IMG/VR virus record: IMGVR_UViG_3300025410_000016
Span: 18,210-82,209 of that record
Reading direction: 5' to 3' (one strand)
Length of the DNA: 64,000 nt
Origin: a virus
The translations under genes were made by a program, and so were the position numbers. Of the stretch, positions 28,753-37,694 are shown one piece after another. Position 1 is the first letter of the stretch, and each line of letters begins with the position of its first letter. Below the pieces are notes generated by a model. That model was not told where the DNA came from. It made no database searches and saw only the letters and a program-made list of their open reading frames with translations.

Positions 28753-29477
28753 TGGCTGTTCGTTACCGCCTTGGAGCACTTGCTCCCAAGCGACCTCATG
28801 GGCTTTCTACCCTTGCCGTGTACTCCAAAGGCAAGTTGCCCGCTCCTCCTTCTTCCGCTGCGATTCCACAAGTGGCTGAGTGGGGGATGCTCGACAACGA
28901 CCGGCTCGGGTGTTGCACCGTGTCTGGTGTTGGGCACGCGCTCATGGCGTGGAACTTTGAAGTGAGTGAGAACGATCACCTCCCCACTGATGCTGAAGTC
29001 GAGCAGACGTACTTTTCTCTGACTGGTGGAGCAGACTCGGGATGCGTCGAGGCCGACGTGCTTGAGACGTGGCGCACCAAGGGGCTGTTCGGTCAGACCA
29101 TTGCGGCCTACGCACCGGTTGAGACCAACGACTTCCTCGGGCTACAGCAAGCCATTGCCTTCTACGGAGCGGCGTACTTGGGCGTTGCACTCCCCATGTC
29201 CGCACAAGAACAGTTTCAAGCCGGCCAGCCTTGGACGGTAGATCCTTTCTCTCCCATCGAAGGCGGGCACTGCATCGTTGCAGTTGGTTACACCCCTGAG
29301 TACGTCCAGTGTGTCACTTGGGGTCAGGTAGTAAACGTGTCATACCCTTGGCTCTCGTCGTACCTGACGGAGTGTTGGGCTATCATCAGCAATGAGTTCG
29401 TGGAAGCCGGCCACGGAACTGCCGCCGGGATCGACCTCGATTCCCTGCGGGCTGACCTCGACAGCATCGGCCACTGA
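28752..29477 (+). CDS. papain-like cysteine peptidase
   Basis: LGCCT, GGHCIVAVGY and VTWG motifs. Confidence 0.7.
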   Translation: MAVRYRLGALAPKRPHGLSTLAVYSKGKLPAPPSSAAIPQVAEWGMLDNDRLGCCTVSGVGHALMAWNFEVSENDHLPTDAEVEQTYFSLTGGADSGCVEADVLETWRTKGLFGQTIAAYAPVETNDFLGLQQAIAFYGAAYLGVALPMSAQEQFQAGQPWTVDPFSPIEGGHCIVAVGYTPEYVQCVTWGQVVNVSYPWLSSYLTECWAIISNEFVEAGHGTAAGIDLDSLRADLDSIGH

Positions 29478-29486
29478 AAGGACATC

Positions 29487-29990
29487 ATGTCAATCAAGAC
29501 CCCGACTCCTCCTGCACCGCTTCCAAAGTGGGCGTTCCCAAAGTGGACGGACGCTCCTGCGGTCATCTCCTACCTCACCTCACTCGTCGCTGCGATCTTC
29601 GTGGTGGTGTCGTTGGTGAGCAGTAAGGGTGAGCCAACCGTTCTGCGAGCGCTCATCCCTGCCGTTGGCTTAGTGATTGCTGGTGGGGCGCAGATCTTCA
29701 ACGTCATCTCTCACCGCAAAGTGCAGGTGGCGGTGGCGGCTGCTCTGTCGAGTCCAACCAACCCAATCCTGCCATCGTGGACGGACGCTGCATCAGTGAC
29801 CTCATACCTCACGTCATTGATTGCTGCGGTGTTCGCTATCGTGACCTCGTCGACCGGTAAGGGTGAGCCTGCTGCCGTACAGGCAATTCTGCCTGCAGTT
29901 GGTTTTCTGATTGCGGGCGTGGCGCAGATCGTGAACGTGGTCATGCACCGCAACGTGCAGAAGGCTGCGCTGATCGCACTCAAGCACTAG
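29487..29990 (+). CDS. holin-like membrane protein with tandem internal duplication
   Basis: two ~75-aa units, each WTDA..V.SYLTSL.AA.F...KGEP...PAVG..IAG.AQI.NV..HR.VQ, four hydrophobic helices. Confidence 0.6.
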   Translation: MSIKTPTPPAPLPKWAFPKWTDAPAVISYLTSLVAAIFVVVSLVSSKGEPTVLRALIPAVGLVIAGGAQIFNVISHRKVQVAVAAALSSPTNPILPSWTDAASVTSYLTSLIAAVFAIVTSSTGKGEPAAVQAILPAVGFLIAGVAQIVNVVMHRNVQKAALIALKH

Positions 29991-30007
29991 CCAACTAATT
30001 CGGAACG

Positions 30008-30050
30008 CGAAAAAGCCCCCTGGCCCATGACGGGTCAGGGGGCTTTTTCG
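30008..30050. terminator. bidirectional intrinsic terminator
   Basis: CGAAAAAGCCCCCTGGCCC-loop-GGGTCAGGGGGCTTTTTCG between convergent gene blocks. Confidence 0.92.
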
Positions 30051-30055
30051 TGTCT

Positions 30056-30313
30056 TCAGTCTGCTTGGTGGTCGCGAAGGTACTGCTGCACTACTGCGTC
30101 AAGTGTGATTGGATCCTTGTAGGCAGTCACCACGTCAGCACCAAACTTGCGCTCCCGTGCTAGAAGCACCTGCAACTCTTCAACTTCAGCCTGCACACTG
30201 AGGAGTCGGTAGTGAACCCCGTGCAGTTCTTCTGCCTTGCGTACTGCGGCGTCACGTTCTTGTCGCATCTGCTCAAACGCCGCCTGCAGTTGGAACTCGT
30301 CAGTGAAACTCAC
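30056..30313 (-). CDS. hypothetical coiled-coil protein
   Basis: GTGA-coupled to the Rpf gene. Confidence 0.5.
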   Translation of the reverse strand: MSFTDEFQLQAAFEQMRQERDAAVRKAEELHGVHYRLLSVQAEVEELQVLLARERKFGADVVTAYKDPITLDAVVQQYLRDHQAD

Positions 30314-30807
30314 CAAGACCCCCCACATCCGTTTTGGTCGGGAACGTATGTCCCTCCCTCGATCCGCTCTGCCACGTAGACCTGTTGAGCGGGAGTGGCA
30401 TCAGCAGCGTTGGCCGGGAACCCAAGGCCGGCACTGTAGATCGACCAGTTGACATCGCTGATCCCAAGTCCCCCCGAGTACACCCCGCCACGGACGTACC
30501 AGTTCCCACCTTCTTCACAGACGTTGACCTTGCTCCACTCAGCCATGACGTATGGACTGGGCGGGAAACCGCTAGGCGCAGATGGCGCAGTCGTCGTCGT
30601 TGTTGAGGGAGGCGAGGTGTGCCTCCCACTCATCGTGTGTCCACCAACGGCCTTTGGCGTAGACGTGCTCGTTGAGCCAGCCCTGAGGGCGACAGTTGTC
30701 GTGGTCTTGAATGATCTTTCCGTCTCCTGTGTCTGGGCCGACATGCCGGCAATGATGAACATGACAGTGGCCGCACTAGCGGCAAGTACAGCATGAAAGC
30801 GGCGCAT
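30310..30807 (-). CDS. rpf: secreted resuscitation-promoting-factor (Rpf)-like transglycosylase
   Basis: GGAGG RBS; signal peptide; Thr/Ser linker; WSKVNVCEEGGNW...YSGGLGI...W...ATPAQQVYVAERI. Confidence 0.85.
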   Translation of the reverse strand: MRRFHAVLAASAATVMFIIAGMSAQTQETERSFKTTTTVALRAGSTSTSTPKAVGGHTMSGRHTSPPSTTTTTAPSAPSGFPPSPYVMAEWSKVNVCEEGGNWYVRGGVYSGGLGISDVNWSIYSAGLGFPANAADATPAQQVYVAERIEGGTYVPDQNGCGGSW

Positions 30808-30973
30808 GTTACGCACCTCCGATCTTCTCGATGGTGTGAACATCCGTTCGCATGCTGCCTCGCAACACAGCACCGGGAAGGGTGACAGTGCCTCGCCTTT
30901 ACGGCTTCGAGTGTGCTTCGGGTGTTCGAGAGTAGTGGGCTAATCCAACGGCAAACCTCCTTGGTTGATTTTA

Positions 30974-31378
30974 TCACTTACCAATGGACGGATTGTACTT
31001 ATCGCCGTCACGGGCACGCTTTGGTGCTTGGTTTTGCGGCCACATCCAATGATGAAAAGGAATACCTTGGATGGCTTCGGTGACATCATCATCAATCTGC
31101 ATGACCGGTACTGCACCAAGAAGACCGCGCACTTGCTCGACCGTTGCTTCTAGGTACGGAAACTTGTCGAAGTATCGAGTGACGAAGTGGGCGACGCCAA
31201 GTTTGTTTGCGTGCCACTCGGCCCACTTGGCTCCACCGCCAGACCAGAGGACAATTTCGTACCCCATGCTGTTGAGTAGCGTCATGAACTGACGCCACTC
31301 TTTGACCGGCTCGAACTCCCAACTTTGGTTAGAGCGGTTGAGTACCCCGTCAACGTCACTGAGAATGATTGGCTTCAC
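30974..31378 (-). CDS. HAD-superfamily hydrolase
   Basis: DVDGVL, WSGGG and IDDD motifs. Confidence 0.7.
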   Translation of the reverse strand: MKPIILSDVDGVLNRSNQSWEFEPVKEWRQFMTLLNSMGYEIVLWSGGGAKWAEWHANKLGVAHFVTRYFDKFPYLEATVEQVRGLLGAVPVMQIDDDVTEAIQGIPFHHWMWPQNQAPKRARDGDKYNPSIGK

Positions 31379-31839
31379 TTTCCGTACCCGTGGTTCTCCC
31401 AAGCCTCCCAGTTGGGCTCTGGCCCATCCCAAGAGGCGCACTCAACGGGCTTCCAAGTGCCCGAAGAGTAGACGTAGCAGAACAGGTCTGCGTCCCCAAG
31501 GACGTAGGCCCACTCGGTCCCCATCGAGTCACCGAACTGCGTCACCCAACTGTCGGGGCTGCTCTGGTTCTCTTGGGTCGTGTAGGCGATGCCGTAGTTC
31601 GGGACGCCGACGAACCGACCGTCTGGGTGCTCGATGCTCAACTGCTGCTCGGCGTCTCCGTTGAGCGTTGACCACCCGTAGTAGTCTTGGGTGAGCGTCT
31701 TGCGAACGGTCTCTAGGCCGTCTCGCTGCACGAGTGTCCAGAGCATGCTGCCCATCCACGTCGGGTAGCCGTCCCAATGGACGTACCGCCCCTTCCAGGT
31801 GTCTCCGTCTGGGACGGCGACGACTGATCGAGTTCCCAT
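31375..31839 (-). CDS. conserved phage hypothetical protein
   Basis: MGTRS...YVHWDGYP...EWAYV pattern. Confidence 0.7.
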   Translation of the reverse strand: MGTRSVVAVPDGDTWKGRYVHWDGYPTWMGSMLWTLVQRDGLETVRKTLTQDYYGWSTLNGDAEQQLSIEHPDGRFVGVPNYGIAYTTQENQSSPDSWVTQFGDSMGTEWAYVLGDADLFCYVYSSGTWKPVECASWDGPEPNWEAWENHGYGK

Positions 31840-31840
31840 T

Positions 31841-32041
31841 TCACTTGCTCCCTTCCAGCACTTCAACGTGCTCTTCTCTATTGATCAGATCTTGCTCTCG
31901 GATGCGTCGCCATTCTCTCTTCTGAGCGTTGCGCTTGGCTCGTTGATAGCAAGCGTTTGCGAAGTCGCTGACCAGCGCTACGATTCCGACGCCGATAATA
32001 AAAAAGGCGACGATGGCGGAAAATCCAATGAGGCTGTTCAT
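31841..32041 (-). CDS. small membrane protein
   Basis: N-terminal hydrophobic helix. Confidence 0.5.
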   Translation of the reverse strand: MNSLIGFSAIVAFFIIGVGIVALVSDFANACYQRAKRNAQKREWRRIREQDLINREEHVEVLEGSK

Positions 32042-32043
32042 CT

Positions 32044-32454
32044 CTACCACCACGAGTAGTAGTAGACCTGCATGTCCTGGGCGATGGCCTGTCGAGCCTT
32101 CTCGATGAACGCAAGGTCGTCCTGACGGTAACTATCGTCCGACGAATGACCGAAGAAAAAACCTTCCGTCAATGGAAGGGCCTCGCCGTCCTCTCGCTTG
32201 ACCGCGGCCTCAAGGCTGTCGAGGTCGGTCGGCGTGAGTTCGACGAAAGCGCAGTTGAACTCCTCTTCCCCGCCCTTCTGCTCGTACAGCCGCTCCATCC
32301 AACCCTGCAGGTTGGGGTGCTTGCGCCAGTAAGCGATCTCGGTCTTCGGCTCGATGCCGGGAGGAGGGTTCGACTCCTCCGAGGACCAGAACATGCTGGT
32401 CGGGGTGTTCTTGGGGTGCGGCAGAACCGCAAAAGCGTACTGGTCAAGGCCCAT
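32044..32454 (-). CDS. conserved phage hypothetical protein
   Basis: MGLDQY...YWRKHPNLQGWME...GFFFG...YYSWW; RBS and promoter upstream. Confidence 0.75.
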   Translation of the reverse strand: MGLDQYAFAVLPHPKNTPTSMFWSSEESNPPPGIEPKTEIAYWRKHPNLQGWMERLYEQKGGEEEFNCAFVELTPTDLDSLEAAVKREDGEALPLTEGFFFGHSSDDSYRQDDLAFIEKARQAIAQDMQVYYYSWW

Positions 32455-32490
32455 TTGTTTCTCCCTTGCTAGGTAGGTTGGAATGAACTC

Positions 32491-32519
32491 AGTGTACAGA
32501 CCTGACCCGTGGCGGTCAA
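32491..32519 (-). promoter_or_regulatory. sigmaA-type promoter
   Basis: TTGACC-17 bp-TACACT. Confidence 0.7.
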
Positions 32520-32707
32520 CCTCTGGCGGCCAAGATCTTCCGGTTGAGAACTTTGGCAACCCCCTGCGGGGTCATTGATGCAGCGTTGGCAATAGCGTGC
32601 AACGTCGAGCCTTCTGCCCGCGCCCGGACAATTGCCTCGTCACGGTTGGCGAGCGCGTCCTTGGCTGCAGACGAAAATGCTTGCACTTTCTTGAGTGTGT
32701 CGTTCAT
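32516..32707 (-). CDS. small HTH protein
   Basis: RDEAIVRARAEGSTLHAIANAASMTPQGVAKVL. Confidence 0.65.
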   Translation of the reverse strand: MNDTLKKVQAFSSAAKDALANRDEAIVRARAEGSTLHAIANAASMTPQGVAKVLNRKILAARG

Positions 32708-33213
32708 GCTCTTCCTTCTCCGTCGAACACCGCTGCGAATACTTTGCGATGTAGATCTTCAATTGTCCCATCATTGATGATGAGTACGTCAGGCTTGAAA
32801 GCGTCAACCCCGACTTCGCTTACATGCTCATTCCTTGGCCCAACGCCGGGTCGGTCGATGCGTATCACCCGACCTCCCCTGCCACGCACCTCTAGGGCTT
32901 CGTAAGCAAAACGGCAATCGGGGACGACGAGTCGACCATTGTGAGGCTCGTTGAAGAGCATGTCAACCCAGAAGTACGCACCGAACGTTGCCTTGAGATG
33001 ATCACTCGTCACCTGCAGGCTCCGTCGCCAGTAGTCCCGGTCCTTCAGTGCTTCGACCTCTTCTACAGTGAGGGAGTGCTGCGTTGCGACGAGACGCTTG
33101 ATGGGATCTGCGAACGCCTTGCGGTCCCATCCTTTTTGGATGAGTGCTTTTGCGGCTTCATCTTTACCCGAGCCTGCGTATCCGGTGAACGCAACTAGAT
33201 TGATGGAGTCCAT
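32704..33213 (-). CDS. deoxynucleoside monophosphate kinase
   Basis: GYAGSGKD P-loop, FADPIK, DCRF..E, HVSE. Confidence 0.85.
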   Translation of the reverse strand: MDSINLVAFTGYAGSGKDEAAKALIQKGWDRKAFADPIKRLVATQHSLTVEEVEALKDRDYWRRSLQVTSDHLKATFGAYFWVDMLFNEPHNGRLVVPDCRFAYEALEVRGRGGRVIRIDRPGVGPRNEHVSEVGVDAFKPDVLIINDGTIEDLHRKVFAAVFDGEGRA

Positions 33214-33359
33214 AAAACTCCCTGTCGCGGACAGTTCCATCCCTCACTGATTTGAGTGCCGGAACGATTGATGATGAGCGCCCCGTTTTGGGTTGAAGGA
33301 TCTGGACTACAAGTAGCGTACTCAAACGCTTTCTTCATCCAATGAATGTGATCCGTCAC
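33195..33359 (-). pseudogene. truncated dCMP deaminase N-terminal fragment (54 aa)
   Basis: SPDPSTQNGALII...ISEGWNCPRQG then stop; no HAE/PCxxC. Confidence 0.6.
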
Positions 33360-33646
33360 TCGACGGTCCCAATGATTTCGTGCGGGGCAAGAAACAGGTA
33401 CTCGACTTGGTCGATCTCAATGGCCTGTCCAGCATGGCGAGGAAAGAACACCCGGTCCCCTGCGGCGAAGTCAGACAGAGAGGTGCGCTGTCCGGTCTCG
33501 TTGTATGGCCCGCTTCCGACGTGGCTAATCGTGCCGTACCGAATTGGGCTTTGTGCACTCTCGGTAAGGACGAGTCCGCTCTTCGAGACTTCCTCAACCG
33601 GGTCAGCAACTAGGGCAATGCGGTTGTCATTCAATCTGAACGCCAT
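33356..33646 (-). CDS. groES: GroES-like co-chaperonin
   Basis: LNDNRI...SKSGLVL...GTISHVGSG...GDRVFF...IIGTVE, 96 aa. Confidence 0.88.
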   Translation of the reverse strand: MAFRLNDNRIALVADPVEEVSKSGLVLTESAQSPIRYGTISHVGSGPYNETGQRTSLSDFAAGDRVFFPRHAGQAIEIDQVEYLFLAPHEIIGTVE

Positions 33647-33912
33647 GACGGTCCTTTCGTTTGATGGGTCATGATGTACGGCACCAAGTTAGCGTATCGC
33701 TCGCTTGGCTTTTGCTTCTGCAAGTGTCTTGCGACACTTGTCTAGGTAAAACTCCATTACTTCACGGGGGGCGGCGTAGTCGTCCTCTCGCTCCCCCGCT
33801 GCTCGTTGCTGATGATCAAGCGCAGTCATAAGTGCACCCGCACGGCACTTCGCCGATAGTGGCATGGTTGCGATAATTGCATGAAATGTTGTGTGCAGGG
33901 TGACCGCACGCT

Positions 33913-34296
33913 TTACACAATGGCGCCCACGACATCCGTAGGCCGCTCGATGTGATCGGTGGTGCAGTCGAGGTCGTGGTAGACCCGCTGTCGCTTGATG
34001 TCTTCGATGTAGTCGAAGTCCCAAGAGTGGGCGGAGTAGCCGTGGCGGTAAGCCCAGCCGGGGTAGTCGGTCTTGCGTCGGTGGCATGTTCGACAGAGGG
34101 CTTGGAAGAGGATGACGATAAGTTGGGCACCGGGGTACACTCCTCTGCTGATGATTTCGTCAATGTCTGTGGCGGGGGCTTGTCGGCACATCTCACAGTG
34201 GGGATGCTCGGCAAGGTATTCATTACGCAACGCAGTCCGTGTGGCATCGTCAGTAATCCTCTTCTTGGAGCGGCGGTTGATCGGCGAGCGCTTCAC
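33913..34296 (-). CDS. HNH endonuclease
   Basis: CEMC...LCRTCH. Confidence 0.7.
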   Translation of the reverse strand: MKRSPINRRSKKRITDDATRTALRNEYLAEHPHCEMCRQAPATDIDEIISRGVYPGAQLIVILFQALCRTCHRRKTDYPGWAYRHGYSAHSWDFDYIEDIKRQRVYHDLDCTTDHIERPTDVVGAIV

Positions 34297-34306
34297 GTAC
34301 CATGAC

Positions 34307-34759
34307 TCACTTCCTGTCTAAGATGAGCCGACCGTCGAGGTGGTCGACCTCATGCTGAGCGATCCTTGCCGCGTGTTGGTTGAGGGAAACAGTGTGAGGC
34401 TGAAGAGACGAGTCAAAGTACGTCAACTCGATTTCTTTGAATCGCATCACCCTGCTCTTTGTTCCTGGCAGGCTAAGGCATCCTTCAAGCCCAGCACTGG
34501 TGACCTTGCTCATTGGCCGGATCATAGGGTTCAAGTAGACACCTTCTTTGAGTAAGGTGCCGTCTTGTCCCTTGGTAATGAAAAACCGCAATGAACTCCC
34601 GACCTGCGGAGCGGCTAGACCAACCCCGTGGGCAAGTTCCATTGCACCGAACATGCGCCGGCTGAGTTGACGCACCTCTTCGAGATCCGCTTCAACAACA
34701 AACCTGCACCGTTCCCGTAGTACTGGTTCTCCAAGTTTGAGAATCTTCAACTCAGGCAT
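34307..34759 (-). CDS. def: peptide deformylase
   Basis: GVGLAAPQVG, EGCLS and QHEVDHLDG motifs. Confidence 0.95.
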   Translation of the reverse strand: MPELKILKLGEPVLRERCRFVVEADLEEVRQLSRRMFGAMELAHGVGLAAPQVGSSLRFFITKGQDGTLLKEGVYLNPMIRPMSKVTSAGLEGCLSLPGTKSRVMRFKEIELTYFDSSLQPHTVSLNQHAARIAQHEVDHLDGRLILDRK

Positions 34760-34850
34760 CAGTGCGCCGTCCCTTCGCAGAGCAACATCAAAAGAGTTCC
34801 CCAGAACAATGCGAAGAGCACGATTGCGTAGATGGCAATCACGATCTTCA

Positions 34851-35144
34851 TCATTCGACTGCTATCCCCAGATACTCGCAAGCAGGTTTACCGGTCAGCC
34901 ATTCGTATTCGTCCTCTAGTCCTTCGACTGGCGCAAGGACAGAAATCTGTTCGGCCTGCTCTGGTCGCACCCGTGATTTCATCGTGCGTAATGCGGCGTG
35001 CGCTGCTTCAATCCATGAAGTCCATTGCGGTTCGTTGAGTTCTCTCGGTCCTTCTCCGCTGTAAGGGAGAGGAGATCGATGATCCGGGTTGAGTCCCTTC
35101 GCTCCACAAATAGCCCGAGCGACCTGCTCAATTTCAGTCGACAA
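34851..35144 (-). CDS. hypothetical protein
   Basis: 97-aa ORF in operon. Confidence 0.5.
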   Translation of the reverse strand: MSTEIEQVARAICGAKGLNPDHRSPLPYSGEGPRELNEPQWTSWIEAAHAALRTMKSRVRPEQAEQISVLAPVEGLEDEYEWLTGKPACEYLGIAVE

Positions 35145-35520
35145 AACGACCCTCCTTGAATGGCCTCCGTTGTAACTCGATCACTCCGTCAGGGCGACGA
35201 CGCATGTAGAAGTGCCCTCTCTCTCCTCCCAAGACATGCCGCAGGTCAATTTTGCCGCCACGCGTAACCGGGGTGCAATAAAACGCCGGAGCGTCATTCG
35301 GGTCGATGGCTTTCTGCTCAGGAGCAATTGCCGCTGTCTCTCTCCAAGCAATCCACGATCCCTCTTTGACCTTGCCGCAGTAAGTGTCATCCCCGGTCTC
35401 GGTCAAGGTGAGGTCGCCCATAGCACTGCTGACGAAACAGTTTGGGTACACCAGCCACGTCAATGAGTCGTTGGTGGAGACGAGTACTTCAACGTTGGTT
35501 GAAGTCTCTTCGTCGCTCAT
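35134..35520 (-). CDS. hypothetical protein
   Basis: 128-aa ORF, ATGA overlap. Confidence 0.55.
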   Translation of the reverse strand: MSDEETSTNVEVLVSTNDSLTWLVYPNCFVSSAMGDLTLTETGDDTYCGKVKEGSWIAWRETAAIAPEQKAIDPNDAPAFYCTPVTRGGKIDLRHVLGGERGHFYMRRRPDGVIELQRRPFKEGRFVD

Positions 35521-35807
35521 GCAACGTCCTTTCTTGGTGCGGTGAACGGTCGACGCTTGATCGGATTCTTATTGGGGGAGTTGCGCTTATTGCGCTCTCT
35601 CCACGCCGCCTTGTCTCTCTGCTCGGGATAGCGGTCGAGGTAGTCCCGGTGTGACGCCGCCCACGCCTTCTTGCAAGGCGCGCAACGACAACGCAGATTG
35701 TTGTACCCGTTCGGCGTACCGTGCCGAGGGTCCTCGGCGGACAACGTGCACTTGTGCCCGTTGCACCCGCATGGGTTCTTGGGTCCCCGAGTGAAGTCGT
35801 CGGTCAT
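35517..35807 (-). CDS. Cys-rich phage protein
   Basis: HGTPNGYNNLRCRCAPC motif. Confidence 0.6.
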   Translation of the reverse strand: MTDDFTRGPKNPCGCNGHKCTLSAEDPRHGTPNGYNNLRCRCAPCKKAWAASHRDYLDRYPEQRDKAAWRERNKRNSPNKNPIKRRPFTAPRKDVA

Positions 35808-36091
35808 GGCATCCTCGCAATCCACAGAGCGATGGCAGAGAACAGCGCCTCACGGAGATCCTTCAGTCTCTCCTGCTCATCTCCTTTCGCAGAACCCTTG
35901 ACCAACTCATTAGCCATGGACCACGCACTCACCAGACCATTGGGAGCGCACTTGAAGAACTGACTGCGAGCGTCCTCTAGTTGCTCCAACTGCGCCTGTA
36001 GAACTGGCGGCAGGTAAGGCTGTCGGGACAGTACGTCGACTGCCTCGTCGACTGCCGTTGCAAGCGTGCGAAGTAAGCCGTGCTCAGACAT
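35804..36091 (-). CDS. hypothetical protein
   Basis: 95-aa helical ORF. Confidence 0.5.
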   Translation of the reverse strand: MSEHGLLRTLATAVDEAVDVLSRQPYLPPVLQAQLEQLEDARSQFFKCAPNGLVSAWSMANELVKGSAKGDEQERLKDLREALFSAIALWIARMP

Positions 36092-36377
36092 CTACGGTCT
36101 CCAACGTTGCAGTATGGAACTGCTTGGCGCAGTCCTTGTCGAGACAGTACGCATCGAGCGCGTCGCTCTGGGTTACGCCGGCTTCGTAGCCGTCACCTCC
36201 AATGAAGACTTGGTACGGAGGCTCGGTGAGCGGCAGCCCGCAAGCCGCACAGTCATCGAGCGTCGAGAACCGCTCGGGGTGGAACGAGCGGTGGTGGTCG
36301 GCGAGTGCGAAGAGGTTGGGTGCTGGCCTCGCGGTCTGCACCACCTCCACCTTGCCAAATGCAAACTTGTCAGTCAT
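36084..36377 (-). CDS. hypothetical Zn-binding protein
   Basis: CAAC...C.DKDC; GGAG RBS. Confidence 0.5.
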   Translation of the reverse strand: MTDKFAFGKVEVVQTARPAPNLFALADHHRSFHPERFSTLDDCAACGLPLTEPPYQVFIGGDGYEAGVTQSDALDAYCLDKDCAKQFHTATLETVDV

Positions 36378-36515
36378 TTCCTTCTCCCTTTCTTTGACGC
36401 TCTTTGAGTGCTGCTCGGTGGCCCCTGTGTTCTGCAAGTGAGCACCACAGCGCTCCTAATAGAAAACCAAGAATCCAACCAACAACATACACGACGATGA
36501 CAATGGCGGCGCTAC

Positions 36516-36842
36516 TCATAGCAGCACCCACGTTCCATAGACGCAGAACGTACCGGTGGGGATTGTCGTGTGGCTGTCGGTCGACCAAGACCATGCGTCC
36601 ATTTCTTCCGGTTCGAATCCGTTTGCCACGAAACCAAAAGTGAACTCATCGTAAGGGGAACTGACTGTTGCTCCCAAGTCGTTGCGGGTGAGTACTTTCC
36701 AGCCTTGTTCTTCAAAGATCTTGCAGAGCAGGTCAATTCCTGCTTTGCATGGATCGTCTTTGTCTGCTATCCCTGATGCCCACCACTCATCGATTGGCTC
36801 AATGGAGATATCAGTTCCGGCGAGTACGTCAGTCAAGATCAT
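36516..36842 (-). CDS. hypothetical protein
   Basis: ATGA-coupled ORF. Confidence 0.5.
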   Translation of the reverse strand: MILTDVLAGTDISIEPIDEWWASGIADKDDPCKAGIDLLCKIFEEQGWKVLTRNDLGATVSSPYDEFTFGFVANGFEPEEMDAWSWSTDSHTTIPTGTFCVYGTWVLL

Positions 36843-37489
36843 GATGCACCTTCCGTGTAGGGAACGAGAGGAACGGCGCTCCATCGGAGCGGGTTGAGGT
36901 CGTGTCGGTCAAGCAAGAGATCTTGGACGTAACCAAGTGGGACCGGGAATCCTGCCCACGCATCCACTCCAACGTCGATCATCTTTCCGTTCTTGCGCCA
37001 GTACCCGTGCAGGTGACCGTGGATAAAGAAATCGGCGTCATTGGGGTCGGGACGCAAGTCGCTGAACCGGTCGTCGTAAGACGTGCAGACCGGTGGGAGG
37101 TGAGAGATGTTGATCACCCCTCCCCTCGGGTGCATGTGACGGATGCTGGCGATGCCGTTCGTCCATGGGTGAACGACCGTGCATCCTGCTTCCTCATAGC
37201 GGCGGGCGACCTTCTTCCACGCTTCACCCGTCTTCTGCCATGGGCGGTCGTGGTTACCGGGGATGAGGACCTTGCACCCGTTCATCTGGGCGACCCAAGC
37301 AAGCGACAGGTTCTTGTCACCCATCGCCAAGTCACCGACCAGCCACACTTCATCGTTAGGGTGCACGACAAGATTGTGTCGGCGGACGAGGTCGGCGTTC
37401 ATCTCCTCGACGGAGTCGTAGGGACGGTTGCAGAACTTGATGATGTTGGCGTGACCAAAGTGGTGGTCGCTACTGAGCCAAATCGTCAT
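36839..37489 (-). CDS. calcineurin-like metallophosphoesterase
   Basis: SDHHFGH, VGD, GNHD, HGHLH. Confidence 0.88.
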   Translation of the reverse strand: MTIWLSSDHHFGHANIIKFCNRPYDSVEEMNADLVRRHNLVVHPNDEVWLVGDLAMGDKNLSLAWVAQMNGCKVLIPGNHDRPWQKTGEAWKKVARRYEEAGCTVVHPWTNGIASIRHMHPRGGVINISHLPPVCTSYDDRFSDLRPDPNDADFFIHGHLHGYWRKNGKMIDVGVDAWAGFPVPLGYVQDLLLDRHDLNPLRWSAVPLVPYTEGAS

Positions 37490-37521
37490 CAGTACTTCTC
37501 GATGTCTAGTTGAGTGTCCAT
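37489..37521 (-). CDS. leaderless 10-codon mini-ORF (MDTQLDIEKY)
   Basis: ATG 6 nt after -10 box; TGA overlaps phosphoesterase ATG. Confidence 0.55.
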   Translation of the reverse strand: MDTQLDIEKY

Positions 37522-37527
37522 GGGGTC

Positions 37528-37556
37528 ATTGTATGCTACCCCAACTCAGTTGGCAA
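37528..37556 (-). promoter_or_regulatory. leaderless sigmaA-type promoter
   Basis: TTGCCA-17 bp-TACAAT-6 nt-ATG. Confidence 0.7.
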
Positions 37557-37694
37557 CCCCTGACGCGAAGCGACCCCTCGGCTTCGGTCGGGGATGCACT
37601 TAGGTCTCATCGACCTTACGCAGATCGGGCAATCGGGGTTGTGCTCACGCGGCCACCTCCCGTAGCCACTGCTCGGCCTGGTCATATGCACTGC

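Noticed and set aside
30808-30973. c-di-AMP (ydaO) riboswitch before rpf
   Set aside because: Conserved ydaO segments not recognisable; kept only as an unassigned structured leader.
37561-37694. TTCG-capped hairpin region as a ribozyme or tRNA
   Set aside because: No hammerhead, pistol or cloverleaf core found by eye; the minus strand holds short coupled ORF remnants instead.
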